A stretch of 64,000 nt of DNA from Archaeoglobaceae archaeon (GCA_015523335.1 WAKM01000012.1:1714-65713), one strand, 5' to 3'. Positions 27,509 to 38,228 are shown, numbered from the stretch's first letter. The notes: generated by a model from the letters alone, not told the origin. Numbers and translations: made by a program.

Positions 27509-28519
27509 ATGAAGAGATGTCCGGTGTGCGGGAAGCCCGTGGAAGGAAACTTGGAGATGTGTCCAGAGTGCTATGCAGAGAGGAGAGAGGTGTTCCGGTT
27601 AGAAGACATCATCGAACTCGTAAAGTGTCCGAGGTGTGAGTTCTTCAAGGTCAGAGGAAGGTGGAAAGACATCCCGTTTGAAGACGCCCTTATAGAGGCT
27701 GTTTATGCCTCTCTCAGGGTTATCCCCGAATTTGAGGTGGAAGATGTTTTCATATCACCGCTTGCAAGAGGGGAAGTAGGTAAATACGTCGTAAGACTCG
27801 AAGGATCGCTTGATGGTGAATTTATAAGTGTTGAGAAGGTTGCAGAAGTTAGAGTAAAGAGAGAGGTCTGCAAGAGATGTAGCAGAGAGGCGGGTGGCTA
27901 CTACGAATCTATCGTCCAGATAAGAGCCGATAGTAGGGAGATCAGCGAAGAAGAATTGGAAGTGGTCAGAGGAATAATTGAGAGGGTGCTCGAAAGAGAG
28001 AGGGAGAATCAGAAGGCTTTCATAAGCAAGATCGTTGAGAGGAGGGAGGGAATAGACTACTACTTCGGCGACAGAAACATAGGCAAGAAGATTTCGAGGC
28101 TCATAGCAGATGAGCTTGGAGGCAAGATAATAGAAAGCAAGAAGATACACACGAGAAGGGACGGACAGGATGTTTACAGGTTTACTTACGCCGTTAGGTT
28201 GCCGGCTTATAGAAAGGGGGACATTGTTGAAGAAAACGGTAAAATCTGCGTTGTTACGAGTCAAAAGTTGGGTAAAGCCGTTTCACTCGACAGCGGAGAA
28301 ACAGTGAACCTCAGAAACCCCAAGCTGATAGCGAGAAAGAAGGAGGTAAGGGAAAGCGTCGTTGTGAACTGTGACGAGTTCGTTGTGGAAGTTCTGCATC
28401 CGATTACGCAAGAGGTGGTTCAGGCCGTCAAACCTAAGATCGATCTCAAGCCCGGAGATACGGTATTCGTGGTTGAATACAACGATTCCGTTTACGTGAT
28501 ACCCAAAGAACTCGTCTGA
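27509..28519 (+). CDS. nmd3: NMD3-family ribosome biogenesis protein
   Basis: Four CxxC pairs, GGYYESIVQIRA, GIDYY. Confidence 0.9.
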   Translation: MKRCPVCGKPVEGNLEMCPECYAERREVFRLEDIIELVKCPRCEFFKVRGRWKDIPFEDALIEAVYASLRVIPEFEVEDVFISPLARGEVGKYVVRLEGSLDGEFISVEKVAEVRVKREVCKRCSREAGGYYESIVQIRADSREISEEELEVVRGIIERVLERERENQKAFISKIVERREGIDYYFGDRNIGKKISRLIADELGGKIIESKKIHTRRDGQDVYRFTYAVRLPAYRKGDIVEENGKICVVTSQKLGKAVSLDSGETVNLRNPKLIARKKEVRESVVVNCDEFVVEVLHPITQEVVQAVKPKIDLKPGDTVFVVEYNDSVYVIPKELV

Positions 28520-28554
28520 AAGGCTTTATATATCCATCAGTAAATTTCTAAACG

Positions 28555-29439
28555 ATGGCTTGGATAAGGGATTGGGGTCTTACGGTAAGGATGCTCGTAA
28601 CGATGTTCCTGTTGGCAGTAATCTACATTGGATTCATAACGCTACTGTATATTCTGGGATTTCCGCTGATATACATAATGACCATAGCGGGCGTTCTGCT
28701 GTTCATACAGTTCTACTTCTCGGACAAGATAGTTCTGCTTAGCACCGGAGCAAGGATAGTTGACGAGCATGAAGCTCCGGAATTGTATGCAATAGTCAGA
28801 AAACTCTGCCAGAGGGCAAATCTGCCGATGCCGAAGATCGCAATAGTTGATACACCCGTCCCAAACGCATTCGCAACCGGTAGAAGTCCGAAAAGTGCCG
28901 TTGTTGCGGTAACCACCGGATTGCTCAAAACCCTGAACTGGGATGAGATAGAGGCGGTTTTGGGGCACGAGCTCAGCCACATCAAGAACAGAGACGTTGC
29001 GATAATGACTATCGCAAGCTTCATAGCAACCGTTGCATGGTTCGTAGCCAGATATGCGATGTTCATGGGATTGTTCGGGGACGACAGAAGGGATAACGGT
29101 GCGGCAGTAGGCATAGCCCTATTCTTAATATCGATGATCGTCTGGCTGATCAGTACCTTGCTAATGCTCGCATTGAGCAGATACAGAGAGTTCGCCGCCG
29201 ATGCCGGAAGTGCGATACTTACGAGGAAGCCTCAGGCATTGATTTCGGCTTTGGCAAAGATAAGCGGAAGAATTGATCTGATAGATCCAGAGTATAAGAA
29301 GGAGTTAGAAGGACTAAACGCTTTCTTCATAATTCCGGCTATAAGCGGAGAAACCATAGCCTCGCTCTTCTCGACACATCCGCCCGTTGAGAAAAGGATC
29401 GAGAGGCTTAGGAAGATCTCAGTTGAATTGGGGCTATGA
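28555..29439 (+). CDS. htpX: Zinc metalloprotease HtpX (M48)
   Basis: PNAFATGR, HELSH, SRYREFAAD, STHPPVEKRI. Confidence 0.96.
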   Translation: MAWIRDWGLTVRMLVTMFLLAVIYIGFITLLYILGFPLIYIMTIAGVLLFIQFYFSDKIVLLSTGARIVDEHEAPELYAIVRKLCQRANLPMPKIAIVDTPVPNAFATGRSPKSAVVAVTTGLLKTLNWDEIEAVLGHELSHIKNRDVAIMTIASFIATVAWFVARYAMFMGLFGDDRRDNGAAVGIALFLISMIVWLISTLLMLALSRYREFAADAGSAILTRKPQALISALAKISGRIDLIDPEYKKELEGLNAFFIIPAISGETIASLFSTHPPVEKRIERLRKISVELGL

Positions 29440-30488
29440 AATTCAGCAGAAGCGTCGAAATACCGCTGATAGTTGAGATAAGCGAGAGCGCGAGGAAAAG
29501 GATAGCGGACGTTTTGAACAGGCTTCAAATTTCCTCAGCCATACTCATCACTGGAGAGAAATCTTACGAAGTTGCCGGAAGGAAGATTGAGGAAAAAATA
29601 TCTAATTTCATATCAAACAAATTTTTTGTTAAAGTTTCAGGCATGGAGGTTGCGAAGAACATCGTCGTTTCGATAGGATACGCTGATGTTGACGGCGTTA
29701 TCGGAATAGGTGGCGGAAAGGTTTTGGATGTTGCCAAGGTTGTGGCTTCCGAACTGAGTGTTCCATTTATAAGCATACCCACAACGGCTTCGCACGACGG
29801 CATAGCTTCGCCCGTTGCGAGCTTTAAGGAGAACGGGAAGGCGGTATCGATACTCGTAGATCCTCCTACAGCCGTCTTAGCCGATTTAACGATCCTAAGG
29901 CACTGCCCCATCAGATTGCTCCGCTCCGGCTACGGCGATCTGATTTCTAACGTCGTTGCGGTTAAGGACTGGAAGCTCGCGAGGGATAAAATTGGAGAGG
30001 AGTTCAACGAAGTTGCGGCGAGCATGGCTATAATGCCAGCGAACTTCATGCTGACGAGCGCTGAGAAGCTTGATTTAAGAAACCATTTGGAGATGCTGGT
30101 TAGGGGTTTGATTTTGAGCGGGGTTGCGATATCACTTGTTAAGAGTAGCAGACCCGCGAGCGGTTCGGAACATAAGTTCAGTCACGCTTTGGACATCTTA
30201 GGCTACGGAAACGGAACGCACGGTGAGCAAGTTGGAATCGGAACAATTATCATGGAGTATCTGCACGAAAAATACTACGGCGAAGGAGATTGGGAACTTA
30301 TAAAGATGTCCCTCGATAAGATACAGGCTCCGACGACGGCTAAGGAGATCGGACTCACAAGAGAGCAGGTGCTTGAAGCCCTGATGTTCGCAAAGAGCAT
30401 CCGAAGGAAGAGGTATACGATTTTAGAAGACGTTAATCCTTCGAAAGACGAGTTCGAAGTCGTTTTGAGTAAAACCGGAGTTGCTTGA
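29436..30488 (+). CDS. egsA: sn-glycerol-1-phosphate dehydrogenase
   Basis: GGGKVLDVAK, PTTASHDGIASP, SRPASGSEHKFSHALD, HGEQVG. Confidence 0.93.
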   Translation: MKFSRSVEIPLIVEISESARKRIADVLNRLQISSAILITGEKSYEVAGRKIEEKISNFISNKFFVKVSGMEVAKNIVVSIGYADVDGVIGIGGGKVLDVAKVVASELSVPFISIPTTASHDGIASPVASFKENGKAVSILVDPPTAVLADLTILRHCPIRLLRSGYGDLISNVVAVKDWKLARDKIGEEFNEVAASMAIMPANFMLTSAEKLDLRNHLEMLVRGLILSGVAISLVKSSRPASGSEHKFSHALDILGYGNGTHGEQVGIGTIIMEYLHEKYYGEGDWELIKMSLDKIQAPTTAKEIGLTREQVLEALMFAKSIRRKRYTILEDVNPSKDEFEVVLSKTGVA

Positions 30489-30568
30489 GGATAAGATTTG
30501 AAATCGAAGTTGGCTGAACTGCTCGGATCACACAATTTTTAAATCGTTTAAGAGTTGATCTTTTGAGC

Positions 30569-31582
30569 ATGAAAGCTCTCGCTAAAGATATAACTAAGGA
30601 GAAAGACTTCGAAGAAAGATTTTACGTAAAGGAAGAGGGCACCACCGACGAAAGCTACGGATGCTACCCCTTCAACCGTCCCATGGAAGAGTATATTCGG
30701 AAGGGGTTCGTCGTTATAGACAAACCGATGGGTCCGAGCAGTCACGAAGTAGTCGTCTGGGTTAGAAGGATTCTAAATGTCCAAAAGACCGGACATACCG
30801 GAACCTTAGATCCAAGAGTAACCGGAGTTCTGCCGATAATGATCGAAGACGCCACGAAGTTGGTCAGAATTCTGCAGGGTTCGGAGAAGGAATACGTCTG
30901 CCTTATGAGGTTGCATGGAGATGTAAGGAAGGAGGAGATCGAGCGGGTTCTGAAGCTATTCGAAGGCAAGATATACCAGAGACCGCCGCTGAAATCGGCC
31001 GTTAAGAAGAGGCTGAGGGTTAGGACGATCTACAGGATAGAGATACTCGAAATAGAAGGCAGGGATGTTCTTTTCAAGGTTACAACGGAAGCCGGAACAT
31101 ACATCAGAAAGCTCTGCACCGATATAGGCGAGGTTTTGGGTTGCGGAGCGCACATGCAAGAGCTTAGGAGGACGAGAACCGGAATATTCGACGAGAGAAT
31201 GTGCTACACTTTGCACGATCTGCTTGACGCCTACACCTTCTGGAAGGAGGAGGGAGAGGAGAAGTATCTGAGACAGATAATAAAACCGATGGAGCTTGCT
31301 GTGGTAAACGTTCCGAAGATCGTGATCAAAGATACCGCAGTCGATGCGATCTGCCACGGAGCGGATTTGACCGCTAAGGGAGTTCTATACATCGAAAAAA
31401 CGGTTAAGAAAGATGGCTTGGTTGCGATATTCACTTTGAAGAACGAACTCGTCGCGTTGGGTAAAGCCCTCATGAATGCGGAAGACATGCTGAAAGTCAG
31501 AAGCGGGATCGTCGTGGATGTGACCAGAGTAATTATGGAGAGGGGAACTTACCCTTCCTTCTGGAAAAAAGCTATGGCCTAA
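30569..31582 (+). CDS. cbf5: H/ACA RNA-guided pseudouridine synthase Cbf5 (TruB family, PUA domain)
   Basis: DKPMGPSSHEV, GHTGTLDP, QRPP, GTYIRKLC, MQELRRTR. Confidence 0.96.
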   Translation: MKALAKDITKEKDFEERFYVKEEGTTDESYGCYPFNRPMEEYIRKGFVVIDKPMGPSSHEVVVWVRRILNVQKTGHTGTLDPRVTGVLPIMIEDATKLVRILQGSEKEYVCLMRLHGDVRKEEIERVLKLFEGKIYQRPPLKSAVKKRLRVRTIYRIEILEIEGRDVLFKVTTEAGTYIRKLCTDIGEVLGCGAHMQELRRTRTGIFDERMCYTLHDLLDAYTFWKEEGEEKYLRQIIKPMELAVVNVPKIVIKDTAVDAICHGADLTAKGVLYIEKTVKKDGLVAIFTLKNELVALGKALMNAEDMLKVRSGIVVDVTRVIMERGTYPSFWKKAMA

Positions 31583-31594
31583 GGGGTGTATGAA

Positions 31595-31822
31595 ATGTTC
31601 GATCGGAAGTCGAGGGTCATGCTGATGTTGGCTCTGCTGAACGAAGCTTACGGCGATATAAGATCGATAATTACGTGCTTGGAGGACTTCATAAACTCTC
31701 ATCCCGAAATGAAGGATGAAATCGAGGAGTTCAGACTGAAGGAACTGCTAAATGATGCCGTAAACTTCGAAAAGAAGCTTTTGGATGTTATGGAAAATAT
31801 GAAAAGGGTGGTTTATGAGTAA
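31595..31822 (+). CDS. Small helical hypothetical protein
   Basis: GGGGTG SD before ATG 31595; fills the gap and overlaps the next gene. Confidence 0.7.
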   Translation: MFDRKSRVMLMLALLNEAYGDIRSIITCLEDFINSHPEMKDEIEEFRLKELLNDAVNFEKKLLDVMENMKRVVYE

Positions 31823-32783
31823 AATAGCCGTTGTCGTGCCGGTTTCCCCCTTCGAGCCTTTGGAAATCCTTCTAAATTCCGCAAAACACCTTTTATCTTT
31901 GGATTACGATAGCTTTGAGTTCAAGATCGTTTACGTTGTCGATAAAAATAGCCCGGATGATGAGAGGTGCGAAAAGCTTAGGGAGTTGGGCGTCGAAGTT
32001 TTGGAGAGGAATACGACGAGGGGTAAGAGAGCAGGGGCAATAAACGACGCCTTGGATTATCTAAGGAATTTCGAGCCGGATTACATAGCGATATTCGACG
32101 TCGATTCCCGTCCCGAAAGAAACTTCATCATCAAGTGCGTTGAAGCCCTTGAGCGGGATGAAAAAGCCTACATCGCGTCCTCGCGAAGATACATCTCGAA
32201 TCCAGTAAATCTCGTATCTCAAACTGTCGAAGCCGAATACCACTTAATAAACTTCCTTCTGAAGAAGTCGAGGTTCAGGCAGTTCAACGGGCTCATAGGC
32301 GTTCTCAGGGCTGAATATCTTATGAAGTATAGGCTGAACGAGGATGCGATAACGGAAGATGCAGATTTCGCAACGAGGATGCACTGCATGGGCTATAAAG
32401 CGATCTTGGTTGAGGGAACAAAGGTATACGAACAGGCTCCTCTGAGCTGGAAAGATCTTGTAAGCCAGAGAAAGAGGTGGTATTACGGCGGATTGCAACT
32501 GTGGAGATACTGGAAGTGCGTAAGAGCTACGAAAAACTGGGGATTCATACTCTCTTGGACTTCCGCCCTAACGCTAACATACGCGATAATTCTGCTGATA
32601 CCCTTTCTGATTTTGGCTCCGCCTCTCCTTTTTTACAAATTCAGAAGCTTTAAAAAAGTTTTAGTAACGTTCGGCTTACTGATTCATACCGTGCTGTTGC
32701 AGTATTCCGCGATATGCGCCATGGCGAAATACGTTAAGGGGAGAGGAATCGAATGGAGTCCGATAAAAAGAGTTCCACAGTGA
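31815..32783 (+). CDS. GT2 glycosyltransferase, processive type
   Basis: KRAGAIN, FDVD, TEDADF, QRKRW, C-terminal TMs. Confidence 0.9.
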   Translation: MSKIAVVVPVSPFEPLEILLNSAKHLLSLDYDSFEFKIVYVVDKNSPDDERCEKLRELGVEVLERNTTRGKRAGAINDALDYLRNFEPDYIAIFDVDSRPERNFIIKCVEALERDEKAYIASSRRYISNPVNLVSQTVEAEYHLINFLLKKSRFRQFNGLIGVLRAEYLMKYRLNEDAITEDADFATRMHCMGYKAILVEGTKVYEQAPLSWKDLVSQRKRWYYGGLQLWRYWKCVRATKNWGFILSWTSALTLTYAIILLIPFLILAPPLLFYKFRSFKKVLVTFGLLIHTVLLQYSAICAMAKYVKGRGIEWSPIKRVPQ

Positions 32784-33760
32784 AACCGATGCTTATCGGT
32801 CTGATCGTAAGCGTAATTACTATCGTCGTAATCTTCAAGCTTACGGAAACGAAGGTAACTTGGAAGATCATATTTCAAGCGGATTGGCGGTTTTTAGTTT
32901 TAGCCCTGTTCATGCACTCTTTGTTCTGGTTCTTTTGGGGAGTAAGGCTTAAACAGCTGACATCTTTACTCAAAGCGGACATACCGTTAGGATACGCGTT
33001 GGAGATCTCAATCGCGAGCACCTTCTTAGCCGCGATAACGCCGTCTTCAGCGGGAGGAGAACCGCTGAGAATTAAGATGCTCTCCGACAGAATACCGCTT
33101 GGCTCAGCAACAGCAGTCGTTTTAGCCGAAAGGCTGTTGGATGCCGTATTCTTCGCCGTAGCACTTATATTTTTCCTCATCATCTCGGGCTTCGCAACGA
33201 AGTTCGGTTTCGAGGTTGGAGCGATATTTACCGTATGCCTGATCGGCTTTTTGCTCTTTCTGTATCTAATCGTAAAGGACGAGGGAAACATCACCAAACT
33301 TTCGAACTGGCTTTACTCGAAGCTGAAGAGGTTCGGAGAGGAAAAAGCCGTTAAAATAGCTAATAGAGTTAAAGAGGAGTCCCTGATGTTCAGAAACGCT
33401 CTCGTTGACATGCTGAAAAATCCGGCTGATAAGATCGCCCTTTCGATTCTTTATACTGCCTTAATCTGGTTTCCGGAATTCTTAGTTCCGTCTATCATCC
33501 TCTTGGCTTTAAATCAGAATCCGGCTTTTTTACTTTCGATTACGGCTCAGTTCATACTCGTCATCATCTCTCTCATCCCGCTCACACCAGGAAGCAGTGG
33601 AATCGCGGAAGCCGGGATGGTTTATCTATACTCGAAGTTCGTTCCTCAGGCTGTTTTGGGTGTTCTCGTTGCTATCTGGAGGTTCATAACGTATTACACG
33701 AACATCTTCGTCGGATTGCTCGTTAACGTCAAACTACTGAAATCGAAGTATATCGATTGA
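32780..33760 (+). CDS. UPF0104 / lysylphosphatidylglycerol-synthase-TM flippase-like membrane protein
   Basis: ITPSSAGGEP, ERLLD, PLTPGSSGIAE, WRFITYY; GTGA overlap with the GT2 gene. Confidence 0.9.
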   Translation: MKPMLIGLIVSVITIVVIFKLTETKVTWKIIFQADWRFLVLALFMHSLFWFFWGVRLKQLTSLLKADIPLGYALEISIASTFLAAITPSSAGGEPLRIKMLSDRIPLGSATAVVLAERLLDAVFFAVALIFFLIISGFATKFGFEVGAIFTVCLIGFLLFLYLIVKDEGNITKLSNWLYSKLKRFGEEKAVKIANRVKEESLMFRNALVDMLKNPADKIALSILYTALIWFPEFLVPSIILLALNQNPAFLLSITAQFILVIISLIPLTPGSSGIAEAGMVYLYSKFVPQAVLGVLVAIWRFITYYTNIFVGLLVNVKLLKSKYID

Positions 33761-33777
33761 TTTTGGATACCACTGAG

Positions 33778-34290
33778 CTATTCGGATTCCTCAAGCAGTT
33801 CCAAGTAGGATTCCCTTATCGAGCTTGAAGGGTCGAATCCCAAGAGCTTTGCAACTTCAAAAACCTTACGCTTTGCCGACTCCAAATCATCCGACTTGAC
33901 TTCTATTTCAACGAACGTTCCCAAACCCTCGACGTCGTCAAAGCAGATCGTAACGTCTTCGATGCTGTATATCTTTCTTCTCTTCACAACCCTTCTAACA
34001 GTTCTGAATCCGAGTCTGTTCAGCAATTCGACTGCTTTGTCGTAGTCGTCAACCTCGATTTCGATCTCATCTCTCGTCTTCGTTTCTTTATCGATCTTTG
34101 GACCTTTATACGTTATCTTCACGCCCTCCCCATCTCTTCTAATTCTCAAGGCTTCGTCGCTTTCCCAGAAATCTCTAGCTGGAGAGTTGAAGTATAGATC
34201 CTCCTCAACCTTCTCGCACACGAACTTCGCGATCTCTTTGATTTTCTCCTCAACACTTCTGTCAGCTTTAAACTTAACTTCGACCTCCAT
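33778..34290 (-). CDS. cyaB: CYTH-domain protein (class IV adenylate cyclase-like)
   Basis: EVEVK, D.YF, LRIR, TYKGPK, FVEIE, SYLEL. Confidence 0.9.
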   Translation of the reverse strand: MEVEVKFKADRSVEEKIKEIAKFVCEKVEEDLYFNSPARDFWESDEALRIRRDGEGVKITYKGPKIDKETKTRDEIEIEVDDYDKAVELLNRLGFRTVRRVVKRRKIYSIEDVTICFDDVEGLGTFVEIEVKSDDLESAKRKVFEVAKLLGFDPSSSIRESYLELLEESE

Positions 34291-34750
34291 GCTTCCTCAA
34301 CTCCTCGTCAGCCTTCGCGACCTCTTCCTTCTTTACCTTCTGATATTCCTCGACCTTCCTTCTTACGTTTTCATCGTAAAGCGCTACGATCTTTGCGACG
34401 GCTAAGGCGGCGTTCTCCGGCTCCAAGATCACCATCGGAGCAACACCAGAGGGCATTCGAAGAGATGAGAACACGTCTGCTCCTCCGAACTTATCGCTGT
34501 AAGGCGGACATGTTATCACAGGATTCGAAGTATTTGCATCTACGAATCCGCTCAAGGCGTTGCTTCTGCCGGCAACCGTAACGAAAACGACCCTATCATA
34601 CTCCTTCAGAATCTCAAGCAACTTCTCAGGTGTTTTGTGTGCCGAAGCCACTCTCATTTCGTATTCTACTCCGAAATACTCCAACTTCTCCGCAATCTTC
34701 TTTGCAAACTCCAAATCGGACTTCGAACCCATTATGATAACTGCTTTCAT
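34274..34750 (-). CDS. purE: AIR carboxylase / N5-CAIR mutase
   Basis: IMGSKSD, SAHKTP, AGRSNALSG, SSLRMPSGV. Confidence 0.95.
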   Translation of the reverse strand: MKAVIIMGSKSDLEFAKKIAEKLEYFGVEYEMRVASAHKTPEKLLEILKEYDRVVFVTVAGRSNALSGFVDANTSNPVITCPPYSDKFGGADVFSSLRMPSGVAPMVILEPENAALAVAKIVALYDENVRRKVEEYQKVKKEEVAKADEELRKHGGRS

Positions 34751-35784
34751 ATTTCCAAGCCGATCGATTTGTTTAAGCGTTTTTCGGCTATGCGGAGGGA
34801 TGACAACACCGCCGAAGCCGACACCGCAAGGTAGACTATCGGCTCGATGAAGCTGAAACTCGATCCGGCGGATAATCTTACGAGAAGACCCACGGGTGAA
34901 ATCGGCGTTGAAAACATGAGCATGATGACCGACACGGCAACGATCGAAAATACGAGCTGAGACTTCTCTCTGTTAATCGTAAACGCCGAAATTACCAGAG
35001 ACAGCGCGATCATAACAAGGCAGATCGACAACGATGTTGCCATAGCCAAAGCGGGATTGTGGATCTTTATACCGTTCACCGCAAGCATTACCATCCAAAA
35101 TACCGTAAGAAAAACGGATAGGATAAAAGACGCAAGCAACTTGCCGGCGATGACATCTCCGAGATCGACCACCGAAAGTAGAACATCCAAAGTCTTTGTT
35201 TCGATCTCTTCGCATAACGAATCTATTATGAACGCCGAAGATATTACAGCCGTCGTTACCGCGAGCAGAGGTATCAGCATAACGTATATGAATCTGAAAC
35301 GAAGGGAGATTCCTTCCGGAACTTCGATTTCCCTTCCGTCTTCGTAAACCTTCAAATTGAGCGTCGGAATCCCCCTAAGTTTTCTGAGAATATCCTGATA
35401 TTCCATCAGCTTCTTTCTTAGATACAGCATTGCTTTGATAGCTTTGACGTCCTCTTTGGGCAGATATAGCGTGACGAAGTTCGTTCCGGTAACGTTCTCA
35501 TTAAAGACGACGACGGCATCTATCTTACCGTTCACGAGATCTTTAATAGCTTGTTCGAGCGAATCGTATCGGATCGGATGAACCAACGACGAAAATATGG
35601 GCGCGTTCCCCACGAGTCCGATCTTCGCCGTTGCATAGCCAACAGGTGAATACAGAAACGTAAGACCAACGATGATCAAAGACGAAAACGAAGCTACGAA
35701 GAACAGAAGTAGTATAACGACCAATATCGTCTTCTCCTTTTTAATACTTCTTAAGTCCTTCAGAGCTATCTTAACAGACTCCAT
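34747..35784 (-). CDS. ABC-2-type (NatB-like) exporter permease
   Basis: IALKDL, extracellular domain, EEIETKTLDVLLS, GKLL. Confidence 0.85.
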   Translation of the reverse strand: MESVKIALKDLRSIKKEKTILVVILLLFFVASFSSLIIVGLTFLYSPVGYATAKIGLVGNAPIFSSLVHPIRYDSLEQAIKDLVNGKIDAVVVFNENVTGTNFVTLYLPKEDVKAIKAMLYLRKKLMEYQDILRKLRGIPTLNLKVYEDGREIEVPEGISLRFRFIYVMLIPLLAVTTAVISSAFIIDSLCEEIETKTLDVLLSVVDLGDVIAGKLLASFILSVFLTVFWMVMLAVNGIKIHNPALAMATSLSICLVMIALSLVISAFTINREKSQLVFSIVAVSVIMLMFSTPISPVGLLVRLSAGSSFSFIEPIVYLAVSASAVLSSLRIAEKRLNKSIGLEI

Positions 35785-37355
35785 AGAATCACCCCGTCGT
35801 ATAACGCATGGAAAGAGGACGAAGCCAGCAACGCCTTTCTAAACCCGAACCTCAGCGTAGCAACGAACAGGAGAGACGCTATCAAGTGAGCCATTAGGGG
35901 GACGGGAATCAACTCGACGAACTTGATAGGAACAAAGGAAAACAGAACGATCTTCTCGCCTATTAGAAAACCGATAGCCGATAAAAACGCCGAAACGTAT
36001 GGATTTAATCCGTTTTTGAATGCCGAATATACGAAAAGACTTTTGAAGAACTCCTCGGTCACCGCTATCAGCAGGATCACGATTACGAACGCGAACTTTA
36101 TTGCGAATATTATTGAGAGGGTGAAGAACTCTATTACGAACACGAAGGGTATCGAGAGAAGAGATGCTAAGAATACAGCCGAATAGCTTTTCACAACACC
36201 TGTGGAGATTTCTACGATTTTTTCTATTGGGTTGGCTTGGGAGTGCACGATCTCAAAAGAGTTCAGAGAAAGATAAATAAGAACAAGAGACATTAAATAA
36301 AATTGCAACGTTGAAATTATATATTCCTTTATATTAATACTTCCGCCTTCGAAAAATATGAGGAGTAACGTTATCGGGGATATCCTGCTCATCGGTATTG
36401 CCGTGAAGACGGCTGGAATGAAGAGGTAAGTCGTAATGAATATCGAGATCATTATCGTCAAAAACGTCATTTCCTTGTAGCTTCTCGAAATCATAGCCGT
36501 GAACGTGCTTAAAGCCATCAAAAATAAGATTACCGGGATCAGAAATACGATTCCCTCTAAGCTTTTTCCAAGAGCGATCATGATGGCAAAGGTTAATATT
36601 ACGGACAAAACGATGTAGGGTAGCATCTTTCCAACGATTACCTTCCACTCATCCTCGGCAACGAACAGGAGTTCAAATCTCCCTTTGATCTTGTCCTCTA
36701 TCGCCGAAGACGAGTAAACCTGAATTACGAAATACATCGGAATTACGAAGCTGAACGCATATATTAGCTTACCCAACAGACTCGGAGGTTTCAACTCATC
36801 AGGTGTTAAAAAGTTCGATTTCACCTTAATATTGCCCGCTTTAAGCTCTTTTTCTCCTCTTATTAGCTCGAAGCTGATTCCCCTTCTTCCCTCTTTCTGC
36901 TTAATTTCTTTCGGTGCTTTTTCTTCTTTCTTGACGATTTTTGAGATCACCTTCAGCTTTCCAGCGGTTACCCCGCCAAATTCAACCTTCGTGGGAATTC
37001 TAACGATCCGAATTAAGACCGGAAAAGCCGAGCTACCGTATCTCTCGCTTACCCATTCGTCGTAAACCCTTCTAAGGTAATTCCTGAATTCGTCGTAAGC
37101 GGATAGAGATTTAAGATCGCCTTTAACGACGATCTTTCCGTTGTATATCGTTATGTCGGGATTCCCGGACTTGACGAACTTCGGATCTTCTATATTTATG
37201 TTCGCGGAATATATGCCGCTATCTATCTTTACTCCACTCAGCACCGAATGAACGGATACGATGATTGCGAAAACTGAAAGGAGAGCCAATGATACAGCAA
37301 ACCTCTTAGACCAATTCCTTTTCGCTCTCAACTCGAGCAGAGCTATCCTGAGCAT
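35766..37355 (-). CDS. ABC-2-type permease fused to a C-terminal PrsW-like intramembrane protease domain
   Basis: EDKIKGRFELL/GKMLPY permease motifs followed by EEFFK, GFLIGEK, AH, HALYD. Confidence 0.78.
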   Translation of the reverse strand: MLRIALLELRAKRNWSKRFAVSLALLSVFAIIVSVHSVLSGVKIDSGIYSANINIEDPKFVKSGNPDITIYNGKIVVKGDLKSLSAYDEFRNYLRRVYDEWVSERYGSSAFPVLIRIVRIPTKVEFGGVTAGKLKVISKIVKKEEKAPKEIKQKEGRRGISFELIRGEKELKAGNIKVKSNFLTPDELKPPSLLGKLIYAFSFVIPMYFVIQVYSSSAIEDKIKGRFELLFVAEDEWKVIVGKMLPYIVLSVILTFAIMIALGKSLEGIVFLIPVILFLMALSTFTAMISRSYKEMTFLTIMISIFITTYLFIPAVFTAIPMSRISPITLLLIFFEGGSINIKEYIISTLQFYLMSLVLIYLSLNSFEIVHSQANPIEKIVEISTGVVKSYSAVFLASLLSIPFVFVIEFFTLSIIFAIKFAFVIVILLIAVTEEFFKSLFVYSAFKNGLNPYVSAFLSAIGFLIGEKIVLFSFVPIKFVELIPVPLMAHLIASLLFVATLRFGFRKALLASSSFHALYDGVILWSLLR

Positions 37356-37406
37356 TATAATGAGTATGGGATAAGCGATATATATAATCCTGTCGTCCCA
37401 TATACG

Positions 37407-38228
37407 ATGCTCGTAGTCGAAAACCTCGTCAAGAGATACGGGGATTTCTTAGCCTTGAAGGGGATCGGTTTCGAGATAAGGAGGGGCGAGATCTTAGGAC
37501 TAATCGGCGAGAACGGAGCCGGGAAATCAACTACCATAAAGATATTGGTCGGACTGCTCAAGCCCGATTCCGGAAGAGTGGAATACGACGGTATGGATTT
37601 TTTCGAGAATAAGAGCAGGCTGAAGAAGAACATCGGATACGTTCCCGAAGTGGATTCGCTCTACGAAGACATGAACGCCTTCGAATATCTCATATTCTTC
37701 GCCTCTCTTTACGGTGTCGAGAAAAGGAAAGCGGGGAAGAGGGCTAAAAGGCTGATAAGTTCCCTGAAAATTCCAAACAAAAAGATCTCGGAGTTCTCAA
37801 AGGGTATGAAGAGGAAGCTGTCGATTGCGCGATCGTTGATGCACGATCCCGATTACCTGATATACGACGAGCCCATAGGCGGTCTCGATCCTTCAACATC
37901 CCTCTTCATAGCGGAGTTCATGAAGGATCTTAAGGACAAGGCTATTCTCTTTTCGGCCCACAACCTCTACTACGTCGAGTTCGTGTGCGACAAGATAGCG
38001 ATAATGAAGGACGGAAAAATTCTATACTACGGGGATCTCGAGGAGTTGAAGGGTATGCAGAGATACGTTCTCCATTACAAGCTTGACGGAGTCGAGAAAA
38101 CGTTCGCTACGAATGACGTCGACGCTTTGAACGAATTTTTGAAGGAGATCATTCCAAAGGGTAGGATTATCAAGATCGAAGTCGATACGCCGAGATTGGA
38201 GGACATATACTTTTCGCTAATAAGATAG
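37407..38228 (+). CDS. ABC-2-type exporter ATP-binding subunit
   Basis: [29 protein letters not shown]; divergent from the two permeases. Confidence 0.93.
   Translation: MLVVENLVKRYGDFLALKGIGFEIRRGEILGLIGENGAGKSTTIKILVGLLKPDSGRVEYDGMDFFENKSRLKKNIGYVPEVDSLYEDMNAFEYLIFFASLYGVEKRKAGKRAKRLISSLKIPNKKISEFSKGMKRKLSIARSLMHDPDYLIYDEPIGGLDPSTSLFIAEFMKDLKDKAILFSAHNLYYVEFVCDKIAIMKDGKILYYGDLEELKGMQRYVLHYKLDGVEKTFATNDVDALNEFLKEIIPKGRIIKIEVDTPRLEDIYFSLIR

Noticed and set aside
30489..30562. Possible C/D or H/ACA guide RNA upstream of cbf5
   Set aside because: An isolated CTGA without a convincing box C (RTGATGA) or K-loop/ACA layout.
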